Positions 37,301 through 47,366 of a stretch of 64,000 nt of DNA are shown piece after piece. Source of the DNA: Planctomycetota bacterium. Lineage in GTDB: Bacteria; Planctomycetota; SZUA-567; H5-PLA8. Both the position numbers and the translations under genes were made by a program. The DNA lies in assembly GCA_038227875.1 (NCBI GenBank), contig JBBRPR010000009.1, forward strand, positions 1 to 64,000. The letters are read 5' to 3'. A model generated the notes under the pieces. The model saw only the letters and a program-made list of their open reading frames with translations. It ran no database searches and was not told the DNA's origin. The first letter of the stretch is position 1. Every line of letters starts with the position of its first letter.

Positions 37301-37337
37301 CCGGCCTCCACAGTGATGTGGAGGCCGGAGTTTTTTT
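37301..37337 (+). terminator. Intrinsic terminator
   Basis: CCGGCCTCCACA-GTGA-TGTGGAGGCCGG-AG-TTTTTTT. Confidence 0.9.
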
Positions 37338-37465
37338 ATCCCATCGCCAAGCCCATCCGCCCTAATAATTTCGACTTTTCATTGGTCACCCGCCACGAAT
37401 CGCTTTCTTAGCCGCGTCAGCAGGAGGTCACGCCTCCTCCGCACATCCAAGCTAAGGAGCGACCC

Positions 37466-38326
37466 ATGGCCGCGTATCGGTTGGAATCCCCCACTAGATT
37501 TCTGAACGCCATGTGCTCGATCACGCAGAGCGAACTGCATCCGCAAAATACGGTAACGTTGATTTCGGAAGTAGACCTGACTGAAGTGGAAAGCATTCGT
37601 CGTCGTTCGCTGGCCGGATCCAAGCCTTCTTACACGGCCTTCGTGGCCAAGGCGGTTGCGCTGGCGCTGCGGGAATTTCCCTACGCCAATCGGCGGCTGG
37701 CGCGTCTGCCCTTTCTGGGCCTGCGTCTGCAAACCTTTCAACGCATCGATGCCGCGATCCTTTGCGAGCGGGAAATGCCAGAAGCGCCCATGTTGGCTTT
37801 CGTGGATGTGATCCGCAACGCGGACAATCTTTCGCTATCTGAAACCACGGAGCGCCTGCGAGCCCTGGCCACGTGCGACGAATCGAACAACAAGCAATGG
37901 CGCGAATTCAAAACCATCATCACCACGCTGCCGTCGTGGATTGCTCAGCGGATCATCGGACTCCCGCTGCTCTTTCCCAGCCTGTGGATGAAATATCGAG
38001 GCGGGGCGTTTTCGATCAGTTCGCCGGCGAAGTATGGCGTGGATTCAATCGTTGCCACATGGCCCTGGCCGTTGGGCGTGTCGTTCGGCCTGGTCAAGCC
38101 GCGCGCCGTGATACGGAACGGGCAGGTTGTCGTCCGGACCACGTTCAATCTCACACTCAATTTCGACCGGCGGATCATGGCCGGCGCACAAGCCGCGCGT
38201 TTCTTCAAGCGCATAGTCGACATCCTGGAAAACGCCACTATCGAGATGGAGCCGTATCTCCCGGCAACGGCACCCGTAAGCAACGGTGCTTCTGCTACAA
38301 AGGCCGCCGCGTTCGTGCGGGTCTGA
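37466..38326 (+). CDS. Stand-alone 2-oxoacid dehydrogenase E2 acyltransferase-like domain
   Basis: SYTAFVAKAVALALREFPYAN, GAFSISS, LTLNFDRRIMAGAQAARF; no lipoyl domain; AAGGAG RBS. Confidence 0.85.
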   Translation: MAAYRLESPTRFLNAMCSITQSELHPQNTVTLISEVDLTEVESIRRRSLAGSKPSYTAFVAKAVALALREFPYANRRLARLPFLGLRLQTFQRIDAAILCEREMPEAPMLAFVDVIRNADNLSLSETTERLRALATCDESNNKQWREFKTIITTLPSWIAQRIIGLPLLFPSLWMKYRGGAFSISSPAKYGVDSIVATWPWPLGVSFGLVKPRAVIRNGQVVVRTTFNLTLNFDRRIMAGAQAARFFKRIVDILENATIEMEPYLPATAPVSNGASATKAAAFVRV

Positions 38327-38345
38327 TCTCTTTAGCCTTGACTCT

Positions 38346-41300
38346 CTACTTGCCCTTGAATGGAATCGGTGCGATTCCGGCCTTGCGCGCTTCGTCAATT
38401 TCGATTCGAACGAACATTGGATTGTTAGTGTTCTCTTCCATGCGTTGAGTCGCCGAATTAATGGCGTACATCAAGACTTGCGAGGACATCTCGGTCCGTA
38501 GTTGTTCCGCGCGTTCTGAATCCAATTTGGCGTAGTTCTTGTTCTTCAGATCTGTTTCACCGAGCACGGTGGTCTCGATGCAATAGCTGCGTGTTTTTGC
38601 TGCGTCCAAGTAGAAGCCAACGAAGCAATGATTTGGCGTCAGAACGAGGTAAACGTCGATTCCCATTTTCTTGAGAATCGACGCGAAGAGCACACTGCCG
38701 TCGACGCAGTTTGCCTGTTCCGACGAGAGCGAGTCTTCGAGCAGGCGCACGTGTTGACTGATGATTTTGTCGGAGCGGCCCGCGGTGCTGGTGATGCTGC
38801 TGTATTTGATTCCCCGATTTGCCAGCGCGTGCCAGACAGCTTCCACCTGCTCAAACACCTGACCATTTTGATAACCGGTGATGGACTGGATGTGATTGGT
38901 CTTCATCGCTTCGACCAGAATTTTCTGAACCTCAGGATGATCTTCGTTGACATACGCCGCGACCATCCAGCCCATATTGATGACCGGCACACGAACGTCG
39001 GTGCCGCGCATGCGAATGGGGCAATCGTTAATCGGCCTGAGCGACAGCGTCTCGTTCCGCTCTCCAATTTGGACCCCGTTTTCAAACACGGTGATCGTGA
39101 GCGTTATTGGCGTCAATTGCTTGCACTGTTGAAGCTTGTCGAATTTGTACGTAATCTTTGGCTTGATCAGATACGCTTCGCCGGCCTTGGGTAGAACTTC
39201 CTCGCACGTGCTGGGTTCGATAATTCCATCCGCTTTGAATTGAACTTTTATTTTAGCTCCGGCGGCCTGTCCTCTGACTCGTATGCCGAACATTCCTTCC
39301 ATTTCGCCCAGCTCGTGAGGATCTCCGGCCATCCGGGTTTTCTTTTTGTTGGCGGTGGCAATGATGTAGGACGGGAAAATGTTTCGATCCATTTCCAATA
39401 TGGGTTGCCATTCCAACCCGGCCGGCGTTTTTGATGTGACAGATGGATTTTCCACCCAGGCATGCTCAGCGACGGGAGGCATCTGAAGTTCGCCCTGTTT
39501 CACATTATGAGCAAATTCAAGCGGCGAGGGCTTCGCCATATGCTGCAAGTGCGCCCGAGCCCGGGCTTCTCCAATCATATCCGCCAGGAACAACGGAGCC
39601 ATCCAGGCCATGTGGCCCATGTCATTGCCTTCCACCTGTGTGGATACGATCAGTCCGGAGCCGCCATTCTTCATGGTTAACGAGACACGCGCGTCGCCTT
39701 CGGAGAGTTCGTCCATGCGACGCAGAATGAGTTCGGATCCGTCGCTGCCTTTCATGTGTTCGATGAAATCGGGATAGGATCGCAGCACGCGCAGGCATTG
39801 CTGCATCGAGCATTCAATCGCGAAGATCTGGGCTCCGCCGCATTGCGGCGTCCACGTGGATTCCGTAGTGGACGCGACCCGGCGGATGATTTCGACGTCG
39901 TTGCTGACCAGCAGAAAGTCATCGACGATGCCAAAGGACATGAAATCGGCAGCGCTCGAACTCAGCACGACGTTCTTGCCGCTATCCGTCTTTGGATTTC
40001 TGCCGTAATCGTTCCGTTGCACGGCGCCGAATTTCTCCATGGACTGTTTGGCCAGCGCCAAGGCCGCGTTGGAATCCGTGTATCGAATAAAGAATACGCT
40101 GCGTGGCTCCTTGACCGATCCCGTCGGGCTATACAAAGCCAATCCAAATGTTCCGTCCGTCAGTATTGTGTTCAAATTTGACGGCGGGATGCCATAGCCT
40201 TCGCAGAATCCACGCTTTACGGCGTCCCAGTCCTGACCCATCGTGCGACGCCCGAAATCATCAAGATTTTTCAGGCTGAACGTCATTGCCAGCATGGGTT
40301 TTCCCATGCGACCCAGCAACCCGGCGCTCGACTGTCGTCCGTCGATTTCGCTTAGGAGGTGGGACGTCTTTGCGAAGAGAACGTGCGCGGCGCTGGTGAG
40401 CTTTTCATTTGAAAAGGCAATGCCCCGGACCTCATCAATCACTTTTGGTGGTTTGATCCATGACGGCAGCATTTCAAAGGTTCGGGCCAGGCTGAAGTAC
40501 CCTGAAAACTCGCCGTTCTTCTGAAGCGGCGCAACGGCAGACTTGAAATCATCCATGTCCGACAACGGCGGGTTATCGCGCTCTTGGAGAAAGGGCTTGA
40601 TCACGCCATCGACGGCAAATCGGCTCAGAGGCAACCCGATCAGAATCCGTCCTTTGACGACAGTCATTTCGATCACATCGGGCACGCGGTATACGATCTG
40701 GCTGGTGCCGGTTTCGGTAATTTTCGCGCCCTGGGCTTCGCAAATTTTGCGAAATGTCGTCAGCGGCGTGGCTTCGTCCAACGCCCAGGCACTGATCACG
40801 ATGCCCTGAACTTCACGCTGGACCACAATTGAAATTGGATGGGATAAATCAATTCCGGCCTTGGTGTAGTCCTTGGGATTGAAAATGTCGAAACTGGTCG
40901 ATTCTTTCACCTGCGCCGCCGCTGCTTTTATTTCTTTCGCGCCTGGGCTGGAGGAGTTTTTCGCAACCTGCTCCACGAAGGAAGTCAGACTTTTGTCCGG
41001 ATGCGAAATGGAAAAGACGGCCAAGCTGTCAGACGGTGCATGAGCCGCTTCGGTCAAGGCGTCGGGTTCCGCAGCGACAACCACCGGAGGCGGCGGAGTC
41101 AGGATGCTCATGCCCACAAAGAGGGCCACCGCCAGGATGGCTACGATTCCGCCCGCAATTAGATATATTTTCAAACCGCGGCCTTCAGGCGCCGGCGATT
41201 CTGGCTCTGTGTAGACGTGCGAGGAAGGGGCAACAATGGCAGGCGCCATGGGTTCCGGCACCGCCGGTGAAGCGACGGTTCCCTGCGGAACTTCGACTGG

Positions 41301-41495
41301 AGCGGCCGCGGGTGCGGGAGCGGCGGATCGGTTCAGCGCCGCCATTTCTCCGGCCGGCGTCCACACCGCCTGGTCCGATGAGACCGAGTGAAATTTGGTG
41401 ACTTGCCCCATTTGGTAGAGGCGTCCCAATTCGTCCAGCGAGTAAGGCCCTATGATTTTTCCACGCCAGCGGACAAAGTACGGACCATTACTCAT
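38346..41495 (-). CDS. GYF_2-like domain + TM + DUF3352-like region + transglutaminase-like C-terminal domain
   Basis: YFVRWRGKIIGPYSLDEL...W; TM at about aa 110-130; ANCVDGSVLFASIL...PNHCFVG...IETT. Confidence 0.78.
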   Translation of the reverse strand: MSNGPYFVRWRGKIIGPYSLDELGRLYQMGQVTKFHSVSSDQAVWTPAGEMAALNRSAAPAPAAAPVEVPQGTVASPAVPEPMAPAIVAPSSHVYTEPESPAPEGRGLKIYLIAGGIVAILAVALFVGMSILTPPPPVVVAAEPDALTEAAHAPSDSLAVFSISHPDKSLTSFVEQVAKNSSSPGAKEIKAAAAQVKESTSFDIFNPKDYTKAGIDLSHPISIVVQREVQGIVISAWALDEATPLTTFRKICEAQGAKITETGTSQIVYRVPDVIEMTVVKGRILIGLPLSRFAVDGVIKPFLQERDNPPLSDMDDFKSAVAPLQKNGEFSGYFSLARTFEMLPSWIKPPKVIDEVRGIAFSNEKLTSAAHVLFAKTSHLLSEIDGRQSSAGLLGRMGKPMLAMTFSLKNLDDFGRRTMGQDWDAVKRGFCEGYGIPPSNLNTILTDGTFGLALYSPTGSVKEPRSVFFIRYTDSNAALALAKQSMEKFGAVQRNDYGRNPKTDSGKNVVLSSSAADFMSFGIVDDFLLVSNDVEIIRRVASTTESTWTPQCGGAQIFAIECSMQQCLRVLRSYPDFIEHMKGSDGSELILRRMDELSEGDARVSLTMKNGGSGLIVSTQVEGNDMGHMAWMAPLFLADMIGEARARAHLQHMAKPSPLEFAHNVKQGELQMPPVAEHAWVENPSVTSKTPAGLEWQPILEMDRNIFPSYIIATANKKKTRMAGDPHELGEMEGMFGIRVRGQAAGAKIKVQFKADGIIEPSTCEEVLPKAGEAYLIKPKITYKFDKLQQCKQLTPITLTITVFENGVQIGERNETLSLRPINDCPIRMRGTDVRVPVINMGWMVAAYVNEDHPEVQKILVEAMKTNHIQSITGYQNGQVFEQVEAVWHALANRGIKYSSITSTAGRSDKIISQHVRLLEDSLSSEQANCVDGSVLFASILKKMGIDVYLVLTPNHCFVGFYLDAAKTRSYCIETTVLGETDLKNKNYAKLDSERAEQLRTEMSSQVLMYAINSATQRMEENTNNPMFVRIEIDEARKAGIAPIPFKGK

Positions 41496-41498
41496 CAG

Positions 41499-44495
41499 CT
41501 ACAATCCTTTCTCACTCTTCTTGATGTCGCCGATGTTCGTGGGCCACAGCGCTGGCACAACGGGGGAATTCTTGAGGTAGCGGTCATACAATTCCTCCGT
41601 GCCCATCTTTGCATCGACAGGCGAGAGGAGCGGCTGGCCCAGGGTAAGTAGTTCTGGATGGTACCAGACCAGAGAGCCATCACTGCCCACGGCGGCTGCA
41701 ATGCGAAAATAGGGAATCTTGTCCTGCATGACGAGAGTCCAATATTCCCGATAGCTCTGCCCGCCAATGTCGTGCGCCACGCGATTACCCTTCTGGTCGC
41801 GCATGAATACTGCACTGAGGCACAGGGGCCGCGTCAGCGCGATGCTCTCCGCTTTGACACGCGCGGGCTGTCCGGCAATGACGCTTTCGAGATGCTTTTT
41901 CAGCTTGGGCGTCAACTCGGCAAGGCGCTCTGAAATCTTTCTCAGCTCCGTCTGAATCGAGGGGTCATCGGTCATCCAGAAATTGAGCTTATCTGCGGAT
42001 AGTGCATCAATTTCCGTTTGCAGTGCGGCGGGAATGGCAAGACAACAGAATTTATCCTTATCCAGGACGGTCAGCTTCTGCAGCAACAAAACATGGACCC
42101 ATGGATTTACATCTTTATATTCCAATACGTCGCGAACGAGGGTGGGGAAGTCCTGCTCCCACTCCATTTTTTCAGCCGAGGCCTTCAACTTTTTTGCTAC
42201 TTCGCTTGCGAGTTCGCAATGCCGCGCAGGCACGATGTCGGAAACGTCACCAGGCTCCTGCGGCATAAGTGATTTGGGTTTCATGGTGTCGTCAAGGAAA
42301 GCTTTGATCTGGATTTTTCCATCACCCACATTGAGCTTGGATTCTCCATTGGCGGTGTAATAAATTTTTCCACCCATTTGAAATTGATTCATTTTTGTCA
42401 AAAGGTCGTGATTTAAAACTTTAAATAGATCCGCGAGTTCATTCTTGTAGTCCGCATGAAAAGCCGCGCGAAACCGGTGTAATTTCAATTGATCGCTGTA
42501 AGGAGAAATGGGAATTTCCGGGCGAACTCTGGCCACAGCGGCGGCATATTTTACGTACGAGGGCGATTCCTGACCGGCAACCGACTTGATCGCATCCCCG
42601 TATTCCGCGACAGCCTTGTACGAAGGGGCCATGATTTTCCACTGCTGAAGCCCCTGTGTCTCGGGGATTTCGCCGTACGATTCGGCGAGCTTGGCGATCT
42701 CTTCAGCGTAGGCATTCAAGTCGGGCATTTTCTGGCAGGCTTTGAATAGATCCTTCTGCACCTTCTCAAGAGTTGCGCGCTCCTTGTCCTCCTTGGAGAT
42801 TACTTTTTCCAAGCGATTCTTTTCGTCTACGTAGCGCTTGCGAAAGTCCTGAACTGTACGCACGAGCTCGGTTTCTTCCTTCAATCCTTTGTACGCTTCC
42901 AGGCGCAGTAGCAGATCGTCCATCTTGACAAGCCGTTCCCGTAAACTATCGGAGGTCACGGTGCTTTGAACGGCCTTGTAAGCTTCGGTCACTTCGCTCA
43001 TCAGTCCCCGGGCCGCTTTAACGTTTTCATCTTTGCGCTTAAAGCGCACGGCCTCCACGTTTGCTCTGCACTCCGCCAGGCGTGCCTTCTCTTCATCCGA
43101 GCGTACGAGTGTATTGGCGTCGGAAATCGCGGTGTCGAGCGTCGGCGAAAATGGCTCTTCCAACTTTCCCGCGAGTTCCAAATCCGTTTCGAGACGCTTC
43201 TGGCGCACCCCTTCGTCAGATTTCGCCTGGTTGAATGCCAGTACCTCGCGATGAATTCCCCCGTCGTCGAGCAGGTCCGGCGCGTCGCGTCCAATCGAGC
43301 TGATGAAGGTCTGCCCGCCTTTAAAGTCAGCGGTATCGGTATAGCGATGAATTTGCGCGGCGATTGCGCTGCGTTTCTGGCCGGCGGAAATCGCGACCAC
43401 GATCCACAGTACCAGAAGTATTCCGGCCAGTACTCCGCCACCGATGGCCGCCAGGCGCAGGTTCTTCTTCAGCGACACCGCGTTGTCGCGCGCTTTGACG
43501 TAAGACTCTGCCTTCTTTCGCAAATCGTCTGGCAACTCGCGCTTACCCAGCTTATTGAGCAGTTGCCGAACTTGCGCCGGATCTCCCGCGCTCTGAATCA
43601 GTGTGCGCAGTTCCTGGCAGTCCGCGGCGAAGGTGACCTCCTGTTCGCGCTGCGTTTTCTGCTCGGTGTGCCAGTACCGCGCATCTTCGACGACGGCGGT
43701 CTTGTCGGGCGCAATCGATACGCCCTCGTTTTTGGAAAGCTCATCCAATTCTTTAAGCGCGGAGCCGACCTGATCGTAGTCGTTGGCGGCAGTGCCGATG
43801 TTCAAGCGATTGATCAAGTTCTCCATCGCCTGATGCACGCGCGCGGATTTCAGCCTTTGGTGAATTTCTTTTGCAAACGTAATCAATTGATCGCCGGGAA
43901 TGACGAGCAGCTGTTTGTCGGTCAGTTCCTTTACGTACTCCGCCGCAATATCCTCGGTCATGCCTTCCGGCTTGCGCAGCAACTCCCCGATCTCCTTGCA
44001 GCGGGCGACTTCGAGTGCTTTCAGGTCGTCGGGCCAGTTGGGATTGGCCGGATCCAAGGCACGAATTCGGCGTACGATGGAGATTTTCTCAGCGGTGCTG
44101 CCGCCTTTGACGCTGAGGCGCCGGTAGACCTTTTGCATCGGCTCGAGTGCTTCGTGTTTTCCGTAGGCTTCCTGCAGCGTCTGGATCCGGCCGGAGTTGA
44201 TGGACGGCGGCACCGGCAAGTTGTTGGAAACGGTGTAGCTCGTCCAGACATCGAGACCTTCGAAATCGAGCGCTGCGAGAACGTCCAGCAGGGGCGGGGG
44301 CGTTTCGGCGAGATGGATGGCTTCCGAACGCAGACCGCGGTTGATGTGCTCGTAGATTTCATCGAGCCGGCGCACGGCTTCGTTGGCGATGACGGCATAA
44401 TCTGTGGCCAGAGACGAAGCCTCCGCCGGATCGACGGGGATCTTGCGGACGACGATGTCTTTGATGCGGTTAACGGTGGTTTGGTAATTGGGCAC
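41499..44495 (-). CDS. Large helical/coiled-coil bitopic membrane protein
   Basis: 998-aa ORF with a single TM (LAAIGGGVLAGILLVLWIVVAI), tightly packed in the operon. Confidence 0.8.
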   Translation of the reverse strand: MPNYQTTVNRIKDIVVRKIPVDPAEASSLATDYAVIANEAVRRLDEIYEHINRGLRSEAIHLAETPPPLLDVLAALDFEGLDVWTSYTVSNNLPVPPSINSGRIQTLQEAYGKHEALEPMQKVYRRLSVKGGSTAEKISIVRRIRALDPANPNWPDDLKALEVARCKEIGELLRKPEGMTEDIAAEYVKELTDKQLLVIPGDQLITFAKEIHQRLKSARVHQAMENLINRLNIGTAANDYDQVGSALKELDELSKNEGVSIAPDKTAVVEDARYWHTEQKTQREQEVTFAADCQELRTLIQSAGDPAQVRQLLNKLGKRELPDDLRKKAESYVKARDNAVSLKKNLRLAAIGGGVLAGILLVLWIVVAISAGQKRSAIAAQIHRYTDTADFKGGQTFISSIGRDAPDLLDDGGIHREVLAFNQAKSDEGVRQKRLETDLELAGKLEEPFSPTLDTAISDANTLVRSDEEKARLAECRANVEAVRFKRKDENVKAARGLMSEVTEAYKAVQSTVTSDSLRERLVKMDDLLLRLEAYKGLKEETELVRTVQDFRKRYVDEKNRLEKVISKEDKERATLEKVQKDLFKACQKMPDLNAYAEEIAKLAESYGEIPETQGLQQWKIMAPSYKAVAEYGDAIKSVAGQESPSYVKYAAAVARVRPEIPISPYSDQLKLHRFRAAFHADYKNELADLFKVLNHDLLTKMNQFQMGGKIYYTANGESKLNVGDGKIQIKAFLDDTMKPKSLMPQEPGDVSDIVPARHCELASEVAKKLKASAEKMEWEQDFPTLVRDVLEYKDVNPWVHVLLLQKLTVLDKDKFCCLAIPAALQTEIDALSADKLNFWMTDDPSIQTELRKISERLAELTPKLKKHLESVIAGQPARVKAESIALTRPLCLSAVFMRDQKGNRVAHDIGGQSYREYWTLVMQDKIPYFRIAAAVGSDGSLVWYHPELLTLGQPLLSPVDAKMGTEELYDRYLKNSPVVPALWPTNIGDIKKSEKGL

Positions 44496-44511
44496 GGAAA
44501 ATTAGCTCCTC

Positions 44512-47316
44512 TTATTTACCATTGAATTCAAACTGAGCGGCGTCGGAGTTAAAACTTACCATCGGAGCCATTAATTTGACTCTTTCTACGATCAACTCCT
44601 TTTCAAGTTTGTTTGTATTAATAAAACTATTTAAAGCATTTATTAACGCGACCTTCGCACATTTAAGACTATTTGTTTCATCGTTCACAAATGCGTCAAA
44701 TTTCGCTTTTTCAGCCGGGACTACATCATAGTTTTGAAATTTTAAACTGGCTTCCGCCAATTTTCTTCGATAGGATTCAAATTTGGTATTAATGTCTTTG
44801 ACTAATAAGGGCACTGAAATCTTAACTAGCTGATCATCAATTTCTTGCCGGCGCAGGTCTTTTTCTGCGACCTTTGATTTGATCTTTTCGACTTCGATAT
44901 CGATTGAATCTACAAAAACAACTTTTGCCACTAGGGACCCGTTAGCATTTATTACTCCAATCTCTATACTTGCGATATTGTCTGTTGAGTTCTTTTCGAC
45001 TACCGATGACGTTAGCGTGCCTTCGGAAATAGATAAAGACAAAACTGGCTCCGATTTTATTTCCATATCTAATCCTAAATGTTTAGATATATTTCGATTT
45101 AATGTCCAGCCGCTTTTCTTGCTAATATTTAAAGTATATCGTTTGCTGGCTCCGACTGGACTATACACTAACTCACTAGAATCCTTTGGAATTTGACATT
45201 TTCCTATTGGGCTAATCTTGCATTTTTGATACAGGCTCCATACGTTGTCTCTATATTGCAAGCCCAGTTCAAGGATGGGTCTATCAGAACCCCTTGGGGG
45301 GGATATTTTTAGAAGAAAATCGGACTTTAGAATAGACGCTACATCATTGTCGATTGAATTTTGTTTGCTTATTCGAATTCGTTCTTGGTCAAGTGAAATT
45401 GTAAGCAAGTTATTTTCGCGCTCAAGAAGCTCGTAATCTTCGGTCCCTTTTACATTTCGAAGCGTCAGTTTGTGGCCAGCCATGCCATCGCCACTTGAGA
45501 CTATTTCAGGATTTTTAAGTGGCATGTCTAAATTTAACCACTCATCGATCTTCTTGGTTTCTGTCTTTGCTTCTACTACTAACTGCGGAGTGATCTCGAC
45601 TTGCGGGAGACGGGAATTGTCGATTTTTGGAGGATTTACATTTATTGAAATGACTCCTTGTGCTGCCTCGCCATCCTCATTCTTAATGCTGTAATTAAGA
45701 ACCGTTTTTCCAACGTTAGACAAGGTGCCTTTTAGCACACCGGATTTCTCCAAGGTCAATGTGTCGGGCATCGATCCAGCGGGTTCATACGTCTGATTTG
45801 CTTCTGCGAGTGCCAAAGAATGCTTGAATGGCGTTCCGGCAATTTCTTCAAAGGCAGGGTCTGCTATTGCAATGGGCAATTTCGCGCGAATTCGAAGTTT
45901 CAACACGCGTGACGATTCTAGATTTTCTCGCGTTGCGCGGAATCTAACCTGACCATCGAAGTGCTCTAAAGGCGTACCTCTTAAGACGGCACCCTCAAGG
46001 GTTAGGCCCTTTGGGAGCTCGGATTCAACGGATATTTTTGCGAATTGGTGGTCTCCTAGTTCGATTGAACACTTATAAAACTCGCCGATTCGTCCCGCTG
46101 GAAGCATCGTTGTCGCAATTTCGGGAGAATCGACTATGCCTTTTGATATGGTTTCGCCGGGTACATCAATCTGCGGAATCGCTTTTGCTTGATTGATCAG
46201 GCAATAGATGCCCACACCCGCGCAGAGAAAGGCCGCCCCCATAATCACGAGCGGAACCCACGGTACGCCTTTACTTTTTTCAGCCACCAGAGGCGTAGCC
46301 TGAGCCTTGGACGGGCCGTGGATCGCATGTGGTACCATCGCGGGATCGATGCTCGGGGCCGCAACGGCGGCGGCTTGCACCACCACTTTTGCGGGCGTCG
46401 CCGCACTAATCACGACTTTCTTTGCAGCCGCGCCAGACTTTGCGGCCTCGGCGGGGCGGGCTGCAGCTGCGGCGGTTAAACTCGCCGGCGCGCCAGCGCG
46501 TGCCCAGCCAATCCGTGCCTCGGCGTGCGCATCGGTCAGGCTTGCTTCGCCCTTGATCACTTTCACGCCGCTTCCGGAGACATCCAGGATCCACGCCTGC
46601 GGATTGCGACGAAGATCCGTGAGCAGCGTCGAATCCGGCAGGATGCATTGAATGTTGCAAAGAGCTGTCGGCCGGTCGGTCAAGTAGGTGCTGAACGTTG
46701 TGGTCCAGCGTTTTTCGGACGGGAGCAGCGCCAGGACATCGTCGACCAGATTCAGAGTCGGCTGGCCAGCGTTGAAGATGAGTCCGATCTGGGTCGCGGG
46801 TTGATCGAAGAGACGCTGGGCGATGACGCCAGCCCAGCCCGCATCGCCTCCGGGCAACTCCTGCCACGCGGTGGCGGGTTTACTGGGACGCACCGCCGCC
46901 CGAAATTGCTTTCGGTTGGGCGGGAATTCAACGGGCTCGCCCTGCCATTGCGTTTCGAATAGACCGGGCTCCAAGGCGGCCCACGCCGGTCCGCCGGGCG
47001 GCAGATCTCCACCGTCGGCCATCGCGAAATGATGCGCGCACTTATTCGTGCGTCCGGAATAATCCGCGCCGGCGTCACCAATGCGTGAGAGCACGCGGTA
47101 GGTTCGGCCACCGGCCTGAACCTGGCTGCAGAGAATGTTTACGGGTTGCACCAGCGGCTGCTGGGCTCGCGCTTCCAGCCACCGATAGCCGCTCATACTT
47201 TCGAGCGCCTGATCCAGACTCGCGGGAAAACCCGCGGTCCGGGCAACCGTGCAGAAACCACGACTACCCGGTTTCAGCCCCTTGGGTGCAGAAGTATAGA
47301 TGAGTTCATAAATCAT
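44512..47316 (-). CDS. GAP1-N2-like GTPase-associated protein with TM, Ig-like (He_PIG) repeats and low-GC C-terminus
   Basis: ELIYTSAPKGLKPGSRGFCTVA, DYSGRTNKCAHH, GDAGWAG, RWTTTFSTY; LPKGLTL...LRGTP Ig-like repeat. Confidence 0.75.
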   Translation of the reverse strand: MIYELIYTSAPKGLKPGSRGFCTVARTAGFPASLDQALESMSGYRWLEARAQQPLVQPVNILCSQVQAGGRTYRVLSRIGDAGADYSGRTNKCAHHFAMADGGDLPPGGPAWAALEPGLFETQWQGEPVEFPPNRKQFRAAVRPSKPATAWQELPGGDAGWAGVIAQRLFDQPATQIGLIFNAGQPTLNLVDDVLALLPSEKRWTTTFSTYLTDRPTALCNIQCILPDSTLLTDLRRNPQAWILDVSGSGVKVIKGEASLTDAHAEARIGWARAGAPASLTAAAAARPAEAAKSGAAAKKVVISAATPAKVVVQAAAVAAPSIDPAMVPHAIHGPSKAQATPLVAEKSKGVPWVPLVIMGAAFLCAGVGIYCLINQAKAIPQIDVPGETISKGIVDSPEIATTMLPAGRIGEFYKCSIELGDHQFAKISVESELPKGLTLEGAVLRGTPLEHFDGQVRFRATRENLESSRVLKLRIRAKLPIAIADPAFEEIAGTPFKHSLALAEANQTYEPAGSMPDTLTLEKSGVLKGTLSNVGKTVLNYSIKNEDGEAAQGVISINVNPPKIDNSRLPQVEITPQLVVEAKTETKKIDEWLNLDMPLKNPEIVSSGDGMAGHKLTLRNVKGTEDYELLERENNLLTISLDQERIRISKQNSIDNDVASILKSDFLLKISPPRGSDRPILELGLQYRDNVWSLYQKCKISPIGKCQIPKDSSELVYSPVGASKRYTLNISKKSGWTLNRNISKHLGLDMEIKSEPVLSLSISEGTLTSSVVEKNSTDNIASIEIGVINANGSLVAKVVFVDSIDIEVEKIKSKVAEKDLRRQEIDDQLVKISVPLLVKDINTKFESYRRKLAEASLKFQNYDVVPAEKAKFDAFVNDETNSLKCAKVALINALNSFINTNKLEKELIVERVKLMAPMVSFNSDAAQFEFNGK

Positions 47317-47366
47317 AATTTTTTCGTTCTAGTCTCTAAAGAACATCACGAAGGGCGCCTTAACTT

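Larger units (their letters stand above)
36880..37337 (+). ncRNA. Candidate large structured RNA with 16S-complementary tract and internal micro-ORF
   Basis: TATGAT at 36873-36878; closing helix 36880-36890/37192-37202; about ten nested stems; terminator at 37301-37337; no long ORF. Confidence 0.72.

Noticed and set aside
36495..37337. tmRNA, RNase P or SRP RNA
   Set aside because: No tRNA-like ends or T-loop, no GAGGAAAGUCC, and no SRP GGAAGG..AGCAG motif seen; 6S is left open for the minus-strand element only.
42966..44525. 519-aa plus-strand ORF (also 47745..49046)
   Set aside because: Antisense shadows of the GTPase-operon genes.
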